NCBI GenBank assembly: GCA_041672585.1
Contig: JBAYZI010000001.1
Coordinates: forward strand, 1,014-65,013
Source of the DNA: Candidatus Cloacimonadales bacterium
GTDB lineage: Bacteria; Cloacimonadota; Cloacimonadia; Cloacimonadales; JAFGVF01
Reading direction: 5' to 3'
DNA length: 64,000 nucleotides
Of the stretch, positions 52,975 through 61,049 are shown piece after piece (within the stretch, counting starts at the first letter, position 1; the number at the start of each line of letters is the position of its first letter). The position numbers and the translations under genes were made by a program. The notes below the pieces were generated by a model, which saw nothing but the letters and a program-made list of their open reading frames with translations, made no database searches and was not told where the DNA came from.

Positions 52975-55833
52975 TTATTTGAGAATCAACAGCTTTTTAA
53001 TTTGACTTCTCTTCTCATTATAAATTTTAACAAAATAAACTCCATTTGCCAATTGTTTTTTACTGAGATCAAGTTTTAGGTTACCGGCTTTCATCTCTTG
53101 TTGATTATAACTTATTACCTTTTGTCCTTTTATATTATAAAGAGAAATATTTATTATTTCATCTCCTCTGGCATCGGATTTGAGTTGAAGAAAATCTTTT
53201 GCCGGATTAGGATATAAAACTAAGTTTTGTGGAATTATTTCCACATTATGGTCATTTTCCACAGGCGGTGTAGTGTTGCTAAGTATCCCTAGAATCACAC
53301 TTCTCACCTGTTCAGGCTGAAAGTAGTAAAGTGGGAAGCCAAAGAAATAAGTTTCCCAGATATTACCGGAAGTACTACTAACCGCTACTGCTGTATCTGA
53401 ATCATTCATAGTATAGAAACTATTTTCAGCTTCAGGAAAAGTAGTAACCATCGATAAGTTTCCATCCCAAATTCCCGGTAATAAGCTGCTGTTAGGAGTT
53501 AAATCACTAAAAGTAGAGTGAGTGTGCACTGCATTAGCTAACACCGGTGAATTAATAACCTGGTAAGCTGATACCTCAAAGAAAAGCTCTCTAAAGCCGG
53601 GTGATAAATCTAAGATTGTCTTCCAACCGGATAAGATTAGCTTACCTCCGGAAAGAAGATAATTACCTAGCAACTCTTCATATTGAGCTAAAGAACTTAC
53701 GGCTGCAGTGTCGTTATGCCAAATTAAAACTTCATAATCTGAGATAATATCTAAAGTTAACACTTCTTGGTTCAGATCTATGTTGCCTACTTCATAACCG
53801 CCAAAAACGTCAGTGTTGTAAAAGTTATCTACAGCTTCATCGGTCGGACTTAATAAAACCCCGGCACCATCAGCACTATCATCAACTATTAAAATTGCTT
53901 GCATAGGCACAATAATATTAGGGGTAACAATCATCTCTAAGCTATTGGTAGGATAAGTTTCAAACCCCTCTGAATCTGTAATTACTACATAGAAATGATA
54001 GGCTTCACCATTTTCTAAATCATAAACAGAATAGCTTGTTCCCTGAATTGGCTCTTGATTTGCTAAGCTCCATGTATTCTCACTAACTTTCTTCTGATAA
54101 ACATTATAGCCTAAAAAGTCAGTTTCATCAGCAAAACCAGTCCAACTTAAAATTGCTTGATTGCTTCCTGCAAACACATTTTGCATTTCTAAAGTAAGTT
54201 CATTAGAAGATTTAACTAAGTTCCAGTTATCCGGATCAACAGTAATAGGAGCATCGATGTTTGTTACATTTAGAGGAGAAGTTTTGCTCCATCCGGGGGT
54301 GAAATTAGTTCTTAAAGAATCAGAAGCTTCACCCACAAAGAAGGGGATTGTTAAGTAGAAATCAGTGTTGGTATCAGAAGTTACTCTATTATAAAACCTA
54401 ATCTGATTAGTAGTCGGGTTTCGCAAAACTGCATATTCATAAGAGGGAATCCCGGATGCATAAATCCATTGATGAAAGAATTGCTCCAAGTCTAAGCCTG
54501 AGGCTGCTTCACAATGAGCTTGAAACTCTGCTGTTACCACATTGCCATTAATATTGTTAGCATACCAGGAACGAATAGTTGACCAGTATAATTCATTACC
54601 CAGCTCCAATCTCAGCATGTGTAGCACGGAAGCAGCTTTCTCATAAGAAGGAGGGGTGAAGTAAGAGAGGTAGGCAGGATCGTAAATTACCTTGGGGCCA
54701 TTTGAATTTTGCCAATTCTTATAATAGTTTTGAATACTGCTATTTACATAGCTAATCATTGCGTCATATCCAAGCAGATGATTAGCCCACACTGCTTCTG
54801 AATAAACAGCAAAGCCTTCTGATAGCCAGACATCTTTCCAGGTTAAAGGAGTAAGACAGTTGCCAAACCAGTGATGAGAAAGTTCATGGGCAACAGTATA
54901 TGAAGGGTCATTAGGATTGCCATTAATATAAGATGTACCCAAGGTTGTCATTGTCTGATGTTCCATTGCCCCATAAGTTTGCATGGTTACTAAGGCTTGT
55001 CCATATTTTTCAAATTGATATTCTCCGTAAGCATCGGTGTAGGCTTGCATCATTTCCGGTACGCGGGCAAAGTTTATTAAGCAATTATTGTAGTAGGAGC
55101 TTTGGACAAAATGTTGAATAGGAATGACTTCACCATTGGTTTTGGTAAAAGTCTGTTCTATTAATTGATAAGGAGCAATATGAATTACAGCTAAGAAAGT
55201 AGCCATCGGATTCTCACCAATCCATTCATAGCTCTTGGTGCCGTTACCGTTATTTACTGTATTTCCCTGTAAGCCATTGCAGGCTGCCACCCAATCATCT
55301 CGGCAAGTAACATTGAAGCTAACTTTTGCTTTATCCCAAGGGTGATCATAGCACGGATACCAATTTCTGGCAGCATTGGGATCTGAAATAGTAAAGACCA
55401 TAGCAGGTCTAAAAATCATGCCGATATTATAGCCGTCTGTTGTTAACTGCGGATTGCCTGAATAGTTTACTTTTGTCGTGAACTGTTGATTATTTTCTAC
55501 ACTTACCGGAATAGTTATCAGATTATTTTCATAACTATAAGCAGTTGTTATACCGTTAACCTCTACGCCGGCAACATCTAAGCCAACCAAGTTATATTCA
55601 ACATGGGTTAAATTGGCTTGAGCCACGACAACCGCTTCAACAAATCCTGAAATATAATGATTGCTATCATCAATCTCAATATCTATATAATAACTTATTA
55701 CATCAAATCCGTGCAAAGAATCGATTCTGGAGCTATAGTTAGCTACCATGCTTTCGCTTAAATCGACCTTTGGGTGAGCATAGACATTTATTAACACAGT
55801 AATAATGGACATAAGTAATAATATTCTTTTCAT
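52975..55833 (-). CDS. secreted M1-family metallopeptidase (aminopeptidase N-like) with FN3-like region and T9SS type-A C-terminal sorting domain
   Basis: Signal peptide. HELSHHWFGN (HEXXH) plus WLSEGFA. C-terminus LYPNPAKDFLQL...ISLYNIKGQKV...ANGVYFVKI is the classic T9SS CTD pattern. Confidence 0.85.
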   Translation of the reverse strand: MKRILLLMSIITVLINVYAHPKVDLSESMVANYSSRIDSLHGFDVISYYIDIEIDDSNHYISGFVEAVVVAQANLTHVEYNLVGLDVAGVEVNGITTAYSYENNLITIPVSVENNQQFTTKVNYSGNPQLTTDGYNIGMIFRPAMVFTISDPNAARNWYPCYDHPWDKAKVSFNVTCRDDWVAACNGLQGNTVNNGNGTKSYEWIGENPMATFLAVIHIAPYQLIEQTFTKTNGEVIPIQHFVQSSYYNNCLINFARVPEMMQAYTDAYGEYQFEKYGQALVTMQTYGAMEHQTMTTLGTSYINGNPNDPSYTVAHELSHHWFGNCLTPLTWKDVWLSEGFAVYSEAVWANHLLGYDAMISYVNSSIQNYYKNWQNSNGPKVIYDPAYLSYFTPPSYEKAASVLHMLRLELGNELYWSTIRSWYANNINGNVVTAEFQAHCEAASGLDLEQFFHQWIYASGIPSYEYAVLRNPTTNQIRFYNRVTSDTNTDFYLTIPFFVGEASDSLRTNFTPGWSKTSPLNVTNIDAPITVDPDNWNLVKSSNELTLEMQNVFAGSNQAILSWTGFADETDFLGYNVYQKKVSENTWSLANQEPIQGTSYSVYDLENGEAYHFYVVITDSEGFETYPTNSLEMIVTPNIIVPMQAILIVDDSADGAGVLLSPTDEAVDNFYNTDVFGGYEVGNIDLNQEVLTLDIISDYEVLIWHNDTAAVSSLAQYEELLGNYLLSGGKLILSGWKTILDLSPGFRELFFEVSAYQVINSPVLANAVHTHSTFSDLTPNSSLLPGIWDGNLSMVTTFPEAENSFYTMNDSDTAVAVSSTSGNIWETYFFGFPLYYFQPEQVRSVILGILSNTTPPVENDHNVEIIPQNLVLYPNPAKDFLQLKSDARGDEIINISLYNIKGQKVISYNQQEMKAGNLKLDLSKKQLANGVYFVKIYNEKRSQIKKLLILK

Positions 55834-56260
55834 AGTGGCAACTCCTAAACTTCTTCTTGACTTAAGAATATTAAAAGGCTCATATTTGGCAAGAAAAGAT
55901 TAAAATGAAATGGGTTTTAGTCTTACACGTCTGAATTTAAGAGGTTTTATCGCTTATTTATAATCCGCGTTAATCAGCGTAATCTACCAATAAATTCGTC
56001 ATTCTTCTTACTCTGAGGAAAATAAAAAGAATAATTATTTTTGCTTCTTAAAGTGAACCATAGCAAGCAGTTGAGTTTCTCTACAAAAGTTCTGTATCTC
56101 TTCCTAAATAAATATAAATTGTTATATAGAGGGAAGTTGCCAAGTTTGTTAATAATTTGAGTTAAAATATCGTTGCTTGACAAGATAAATCACTTCAATA
56201 AACTTTACCTTACCCACTTAAAAGAAGAGTTTGCCTTTGAGTGGAGAAACCATAAATAAT

Positions 56261-56380
56261 TGTGGATAAGTTAATTGTTCACTTTTAGTATAATTAAATA
56301 AATACTTAGTAATTATAGCTTTAGCCTATAACTATGGTGTATTGTACAAAAACTAATAGTTGTCCACACCGTGTGGATAA
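56261..56380. promoter_or_regulatory. DnaA-box cluster / dnaA promoter, probable part of oriC
   Basis: TGTGGATAA at 56261-56269 is a perfect box. TTGTCCACA at 56360-56368 has one mismatch. TGTGGATAA at 56372-56380 is perfect and convergent with the previous box. All sit in an AT-rich 578-bp gap upstream of dnaA. Confidence 0.6.
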
Positions 56381-56411
56381 CATAATAATAAATTTGAAAC
56401 AAAAGGTAGCT

Positions 56412-57746
56412 ATGGATCAAGACATTTGGCAAAATATTTTAGATGAATTAGAAGATCATGTCGCTAAGCAGAGTTTTGATACTTGGTTTAGTGAGACTCA
56501 ATTAGTCAAATTTGAGGATGAGACTCTTTTTATAATGACTCCCACCAAAGTAGCGTCTGAGTTTTTGAATAAAAACTATGCTACAATGATCTCAGAGGTC
56601 GCGTTTAATCTTTATCAAAGAAAGTTTGAAATCAGGTTTTTCAACGATGATGCCTCATTAAAGAAAAGACCTACCCAGAAAAATAAAAAAAGCGGTCTTG
56701 GAGATTCCTATGATTTGCCACCATTAAATGAATATTATACATTTGAACAATTTGTGGTCGGCAAAAACAACAATTTTGCTTATTCTGCAGCTATGGCAGT
56801 AGCAGAGTCACCCGGTTCAACTTACAATCCCCTCTTTATTTATGGTGAATCAGGCATGGGGAAGACCCATCTTATGCAAGCTGTTGGGCATTATCTATTG
56901 CAAGTTGATAAGAATAAAACTATTTATTATATTAGCTCTGAAGAATTTACTAATCAGATGATTGAATCTATTCGTGGAAATAGTATGATGGCTTTCCGTC
57001 AGAAGTTTAGACATGTTGATGTTCTCTTAGTGGACGATATTCACTTCTTGGCTCGGAAAGAAGGAACTCAAGAAGAGTTTTTCCATACTTTTAACGCTCT
57101 TCTTGCTTCTAAGAAACAGATTATTCTGACCAGTGATCGTCCTCCTAAAGATATTTCTGATCTGGAAAATAGATTAGTTACCCGGTTTGAATCAGGCTTG
57201 ATAGCGGATTTAAAGAACCCTGATTTTGAAACGCGCGTAGCTATCTTGAAGAAAAAAGCTGATAATCAGAACATCGAACTTCAATCTGATATTTTTGAGT
57301 ATATAGCTCATGGGATTAAGAGTTCTGTAAGGGCTTTAGAAGGGTCTTTAATCAGAATCTTAGCTTATGCGTCGTACAATAGACTTAATCTTTTGGATAT
57401 CACTAAACCTATGGTGTTGGATATTTTAGGTGATATGATTACGGATAAACCAAAAGATATTACGATGGATGCAATCACTGATAAAGTGTGTAAATTCTAT
57501 AACATTACGCGTAAACAGGTAATGGATAAAACCCGTGTTAAGAACATATCTTTTCCACGACAAGTTGCAATGTACCTGATTTGCTTACTTATTCCTCAGA
57601 TATCGCTGAAAGATGTAGCTGTCTATTTTAATCGGAAAGATCATACCACTGTCTTGCATGCCAAACGCATGATTGATAATAAATTCAATAAAGATAATGA
57701 TTTGCGAATAGATTTAGAAACGCTGATTAAAGAACTAAAGAATTGA
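56412..57746 (+). CDS. dnaA: chromosomal replication initiator protein DnaA
   Basis: Walker A GESGMGKTHL, Walker B LLVDDIHF, and domain IV ...ISFPRQVAMYL...DHTTVLHA. Start set at the ATG at 56412 (MDQDIWQNILDEL...), because the track's 26-aa N-terminal extension spans two DnaA boxes. Confidence 0.9.
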   Translation: MDQDIWQNILDELEDHVAKQSFDTWFSETQLVKFEDETLFIMTPTKVASEFLNKNYATMISEVAFNLYQRKFEIRFFNDDASLKKRPTQKNKKSGLGDSYDLPPLNEYYTFEQFVVGKNNNFAYSAAMAVAESPGSTYNPLFIYGESGMGKTHLMQAVGHYLLQVDKNKTIYYISSEEFTNQMIESIRGNSMMAFRQKFRHVDVLLVDDIHFLARKEGTQEEFFHTFNALLASKKQIILTSDRPPKDISDLENRLVTRFESGLIADLKNPDFETRVAILKKKADNQNIELQSDIFEYIAHGIKSSVRALEGSLIRILAYASYNRLNLLDITKPMVLDILGDMITDKPKDITMDAITDKVCKFYNITRKQVMDKTRVKNISFPRQVAMYLICLLIPQISLKDVAVYFNRKDHTTVLHAKRMIDNKFNKDNDLRIDLETLIKELKN

Positions 57747-57770
57747 TAATTTGAATTAATAACTGTTTAA

Positions 57771-57880
57771 TTCCCTGAAAAGGATAAAATAATTTAGCCC
57801 AGGGTCTCATTCTGTTTGCAGAATTGACCCTGGGTACGATTCTACCCCCAGTATTGCCCCATTCCTCAGGAATAGGGCAA
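57771..57880. repeat. single family-B repeat unit plus adjacent hairpin
   Basis: TCCCTGAAAAGGA...TTTAGCCCAGGGTC-tc-ATTCTG-tttg-CAGAAT-t-GACCCTGGGTA matches the 46.5-kb units. It is followed by TTGCCCcATTCCTcAGGAATaGGGCAA. Confidence 0.8.
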
Positions 57881-57927
57881 GTTTAATTGGTACATTTTAA
57901 CTATTTTCTCTGAGAATCAAAAAAAAC

Positions 57928-57964
57928 TTGACTAATTTTAGCAGTCTGAAAATATGTTTGCTAA
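57928..57964 (+). promoter_or_regulatory. groES promoter (-35 TTGACT) overlapping a degenerate CIRCE-like inverted repeat
   Basis: TTAGCAGTC-N9-GTTTGCTAA (57938-57964) versus the CIRCE consensus TTAGCACTC-N9-GAGTGCTAA has 3 mismatches in 18. TTGACT lies at 57928-57933. Confidence 0.5.
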
Positions 57965-58012
57965 TAAGAGATTTTTAACACATAAATAAATTTAAAAAAT
58001 GGAGAGATTAAG

Positions 58013-58285
58013 ATGATACTTAAACCTATTGATGATCGTGTAGTTATTAAGTTAGATCAAAAACCAACAGAGAAGAAAGTCGGTAATTTATATATTCCAG
58101 ATAGTGCAAAAGAAAAACCACAAATGGGAGAAGTTATTGCAGTTGGTAATGACAAAGAGTTACAAGAAATTGTAAAAGTAGGTGATGTTGTACTTTATGC
58201 TAAATATGGCGGTAATGAAGTTGAATTAGATAATGAAAAGTACCTTATTATTTCACGTACAGATATTTTGGCGATAGTGGAGTAA
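58013..58285 (+). CDS. groES: co-chaperonin GroES
   Basis: 90 aa. LKPIDDRVVIK...GNLYIPDSAKEKPQMGEVIAVG...VGDVVLYAKYGG. Confidence 0.9.
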   Translation: MILKPIDDRVVIKLDQKPTEKKVGNLYIPDSAKEKPQMGEVIAVGNDKELQEIVKVGDVVLYAKYGGNEVELDNEKYLIISRTDILAIVE

Positions 58286-58287
58286 AT

Positions 58288-58602
58288 ATGATTGAAGTAA
58301 CTGAAGCCAACTTTGCTGAAGTTGTAGAGAAGTCTGAAATGCTTGTGCTAGTTGACTTTTGGGCACCCTGGTGTGGTCCTTGCAAAGCCTTAGCACCTAC
58401 TATTGATAAAATAGAAAAAGAGTATGAAGGACAACTTAAAGTAGTGAAAGTCAATATTGATGAATCTCCAGGGTTAGCCGGAAAGTTCTCAGTAATGTCT
58501 ATTCCTACTGTTATCTTGTTCAAAGATGGACAGGTTAAAGAACAGTCCATAGGATTAGTTAACAAATCTAAATTATCTAAGAAGATTCAACCATATTTGT
58601 AA
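58288..58602 (+). CDS. trxA: thioredoxin
   Basis: 104 aa with DFWAPWCGPCK and SIPTVILFKDG. Starts 2 nt after the groES stop. Confidence 0.9.
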   Translation: MIEVTEANFAEVVEKSEMLVLVDFWAPWCGPCKALAPTIDKIEKEYEGQLKVVKVNIDESPGLAGKFSVMSIPTVILFKDGQVKEQSIGLVNKSKLSKKIQPYL

Positions 58603-58636
58603 AGCCAGAACTTTCAATTAACAATTGAAGAGAATT

Positions 58637-58672
58637 ATAGGGGTATCCATATTTTGGGTACCCTATTTTATT
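58637..58672 (+). terminator. rho-independent terminator of groES-trxA
   Basis: ATAGGGGTATCC-atatttt-GGGTACCCTAT forms an 11-bp stem with one bulge, followed by TTTTATT. Confidence 0.55.
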
Positions 58673-58756
58673 GGGATTACGGATGCCCACATTCGTATTC
58701 ATTCACTCTCTTTTACGAGGACAGCGGATGCCAAAATAGAGAGCTCTTCAAATCCC
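58661..58756. repeat. family-A repeat copy plus the 15-nt core shared with the 12.06-kb palindrome
   Basis: TGGGATTACGGATGCCCACATTCGTATTCATT (58672-58703) matches 1386-1417 at 30 of 32 positions. AGCTCTTCAAATCCC (58742-58756) is identical to 12069-12083. Confidence 0.8.
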
Positions 58757-60037
58757 CTATTTCCCAGTCTTCTCCAACTGCTTCTTCTTCAACTTTTCCC
58801 ACCACTCCAACCTCTTTTGAATATCTTTCTCAAATCCGAAGGGAGATGGTGTGTAAAAAGCTGTTTCTTCTAATTGATCAGGGAAATATCTTTGGTAGTG
58901 GTAACCATAGTCATAATCATGCGAATATTTGTACCCTTCATTATAACCTAAATCTTTCATTAATTTGGTAGGAGCATTGCGAATATGCATCGGAACGCCC
59001 AGGTGAGAAGTCTTGACTGCTAACTCTTTAGCACTATTATAGGCTTTGTAAACAGCATTACTCTTAGGAGCAGTCGCCAAATAGACAACTAATTGAGAAA
59101 GTGCAGTGTTAGCTTCCGGCATGCCCAGAAAATGCACAGCTTCTTTACAGGCAATAGCCTGTGTAATAGCATTGGGGTCTGCTAAACCAACATCTTCTGT
59201 GGCAAATCTTACCAATCTTCTCACAATATACATTGGCTTTTCACCAGCTTCTAACATTCTTGCCAACCAATAAAGTCCGGCTTGTGGGTCGCTGCCGCGT
59301 AATGATTTATGCAAGGCAGAAATCACATTGTAATGCTCTTCTCCATCTTTATCATATACCATACTCTTTTGTTGCAGAATAGTCTCAACTTGCGTAATAT
59401 CCAAAGTTTCCAGATTACCATAACCACGAAGCATGTCTAAGTTGTTCAAGGCTTTTCTGCCATCTCCACCGGATATTTGGATTAAATATTCAATAACTTC
59501 TTCTTTTAATTCAGGAAGATAAAGCTCCTTCGCTTTTAAAATTAATTCTTTAATATCATTGTTATCCAGAGAATCAAGAACAAAGACGGTACAGCGCGAA
59601 AGCAAAGCAGGAATCACCTCAAAAGAAGGGTTTTCGGTTGTGGCGCCCAGCAGAATGATAGTGCCGGACTCCACATAAGGCAGAAACGCGTCTTGTTGCG
59701 ATTTGCTAAATCTATGAATCTCATCAATAAAGAGAATAGTCTGCTCGCGGGTAAGATTAAACTTCTGCTCCGCTTCTTGCATTACCTGCTTCACCTCTTT
59801 AATCCCGGTTAAAACAGCACTAAACTGAACAAATTCACGATTTGTGTTATTCTGAATAATCTTGGCAATAGTAGTTTTACCACAGCCGGGTGGACCCCAC
59901 AAGATAATGGATTTGAGGTTATCATTCTCAATCATTTTGGTAAGCATAGATCCGGGATAAAAGAGATGTTGCTGTCCAATAATCTCATCTATCTGCTGCG
60001 GTCTCATCTGTTCAGCTAAAGGGATATTTGTTTCCAT
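58757..60037 (-). CDS. rarA: replication-associated recombination protein A (RarA/MgsA AAA+ ATPase)
   Basis: WGPPGCGKTT, Walker B LFIDEIHRF, and the MgsA C-terminal domain (YDKDGEEHYNVISALHKSLRGSD). Start set at the ATG at 60037; the track start at 60052 is a TTG. Confidence 0.85.
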   Translation of the reverse strand: METNIPLAEQMRPQQIDEIIGQQHLFYPGSMLTKMIENDNLKSIILWGPPGCGKTTIAKIIQNNTNREFVQFSAVLTGIKEVKQVMQEAEQKFNLTREQTILFIDEIHRFSKSQQDAFLPYVESGTIILLGATTENPSFEVIPALLSRCTVFVLDSLDNNDIKELILKAKELYLPELKEEVIEYLIQISGGDGRKALNNLDMLRGYGNLETLDITQVETILQQKSMVYDKDGEEHYNVISALHKSLRGSDPQAGLYWLARMLEAGEKPMYIVRRLVRFATEDVGLADPNAITQAIACKEAVHFLGMPEANTALSQLVVYLATAPKSNAVYKAYNSAKELAVKTSHLGVPMHIRNAPTKLMKDLGYNEGYKYSHDYDYGYHYQRYFPDQLEETAFYTPSPFGFEKDIQKRLEWWEKLKKKQLEKTGK

Positions 60038-60041
60038 AGTT

Positions 60042-61049
60042 TTAGTACCCAAGACCTAAGTCTAAGCCTTCTAAATCAGGGTTATTTAGCATTCTAGTTA
60101 AGAGTTTGGTCAGCTCTTCTATCCGAAATTCTTCATTCTCTGCCATGCCCAAACCACCGGCACGATGTGGACTCATGATCACATTATCAAGAGTATGGAA
60201 AGGGTAATTTGCCGGAGGTGTATTCTTTCTATCTGCTTCGGAAATAGGGTAGTTGTACCACACATCAAGAGCAGCCCCGGCTATTCTTTTCTCATTAAGA
60301 GCACTAAATAGGGCAGACTCTTCCACTGTGGAAGCACGACCCACATTAATAAAGTAGCAGCTTGGTTTCATTCTGGCAAATACAGCCTGGTCAAACACTT
60401 GCTTAGTCTCTTCTGTAGCCGGGAGAATATTAATAACAATATCGTAATTCTCCACAATGTTAGGCAGATCAGCAAGAAAATAAACACCTTGTTCTGCATC
60501 TAAATTATTGCGTTTAATCTTATCAATCACGATTTGATAGGGCTCCAAAAATGAAGCCAGTAGCTTGCCAATATGACCAAAGCCACAGATTAGAATCCTC
60601 TTCTGATAGAGTAGGGTAGAGGGGTTTATGCCATATCTGAACGACCAATCGTGGGTGCGAAACTCTCTATCACCCTGAATAATATGCTTTATCCCGGTGA
60701 GTAGCATAGCCATCACGGTCTCGGCAACTACACGTGAATTATGATGAATATTAAAGACTTTAATGTCAGGATACTTTTGCAACAAGACTCTTGTTTCTTC
60801 GGGAATCCCCACAAAAGGAACAATTAAATATCTCAAATTTGGCGCGATACTTAGCTTTTCTTTAGTTGGATAAGCAAGAACCAAAACTTCAATATCACCG
60901 GGTATCTTTTTGCTTACTGTGATTCTGTGTGAATCTCCCAGAACAGTTTGCAATCTGTTCTCTAGATCATATTCGTTTTCGCGATAATAGTGAGTTTTAA
61001 GCTGTTTCACTGATCTCCCTTTTTTTTCTATAATAACAGAATACGCCAC
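60042..61049 (-). CDS. D-isomer-specific 2-hydroxyacid dehydrogenase family protein
   Basis: NAD fold GFGHIGKLLA, GRASTV...ALDVW and SPHRAG. The track start is a GTG that overlaps the upstream gene by 53 nt. A GTG at 61010 preceded by AAGGGAG is an alternative start. Confidence 0.75.
   Translation of the reverse strand: MAYSVIIEKKGRSVKQLKTHYYRENEYDLENRLQTVLGDSHRITVSKKIPGDIEVLVLAYPTKEKLSIAPNLRYLIVPFVGIPEETRVLLQKYPDIKVFNIHHNSRVVAETVMAMLLTGIKHIIQGDREFRTHDWSFRYGINPSTLLYQKRILICGFGHIGKLLASFLEPYQIVIDKIKRNNLDAEQGVYFLADLPNIVENYDIVINILPATEETKQVFDQAVFARMKPSCYFINVGRASTVEESALFSALNEKRIAGAALDVWYNYPISEADRKNTPPANYPFHTLDNVIMSPHRAGGLGMAENEEFRIEELTKLLTRMLNNPDLEGLDLGLGY

Noticed and set aside
55974-56183. 69-aa minus-strand ORF in the dnaA upstream gap
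   Set aside because: It lies in AT-rich origin or promoter DNA, has no RBS, and its translation has no protein-like features.
56334-56411. 26-codon N-terminal extension of DnaA proposed by the ORF track
   Set aside because: It contains two DnaA boxes. The conserved DnaA N-terminus begins at the ATG at 56412.
58625-58971. Two overlapping plus-strand ORFs (82 and 105 aa)
   Set aside because: They start in the terminator and repeat region and then run antisense through the well-supported rarA 3' end.
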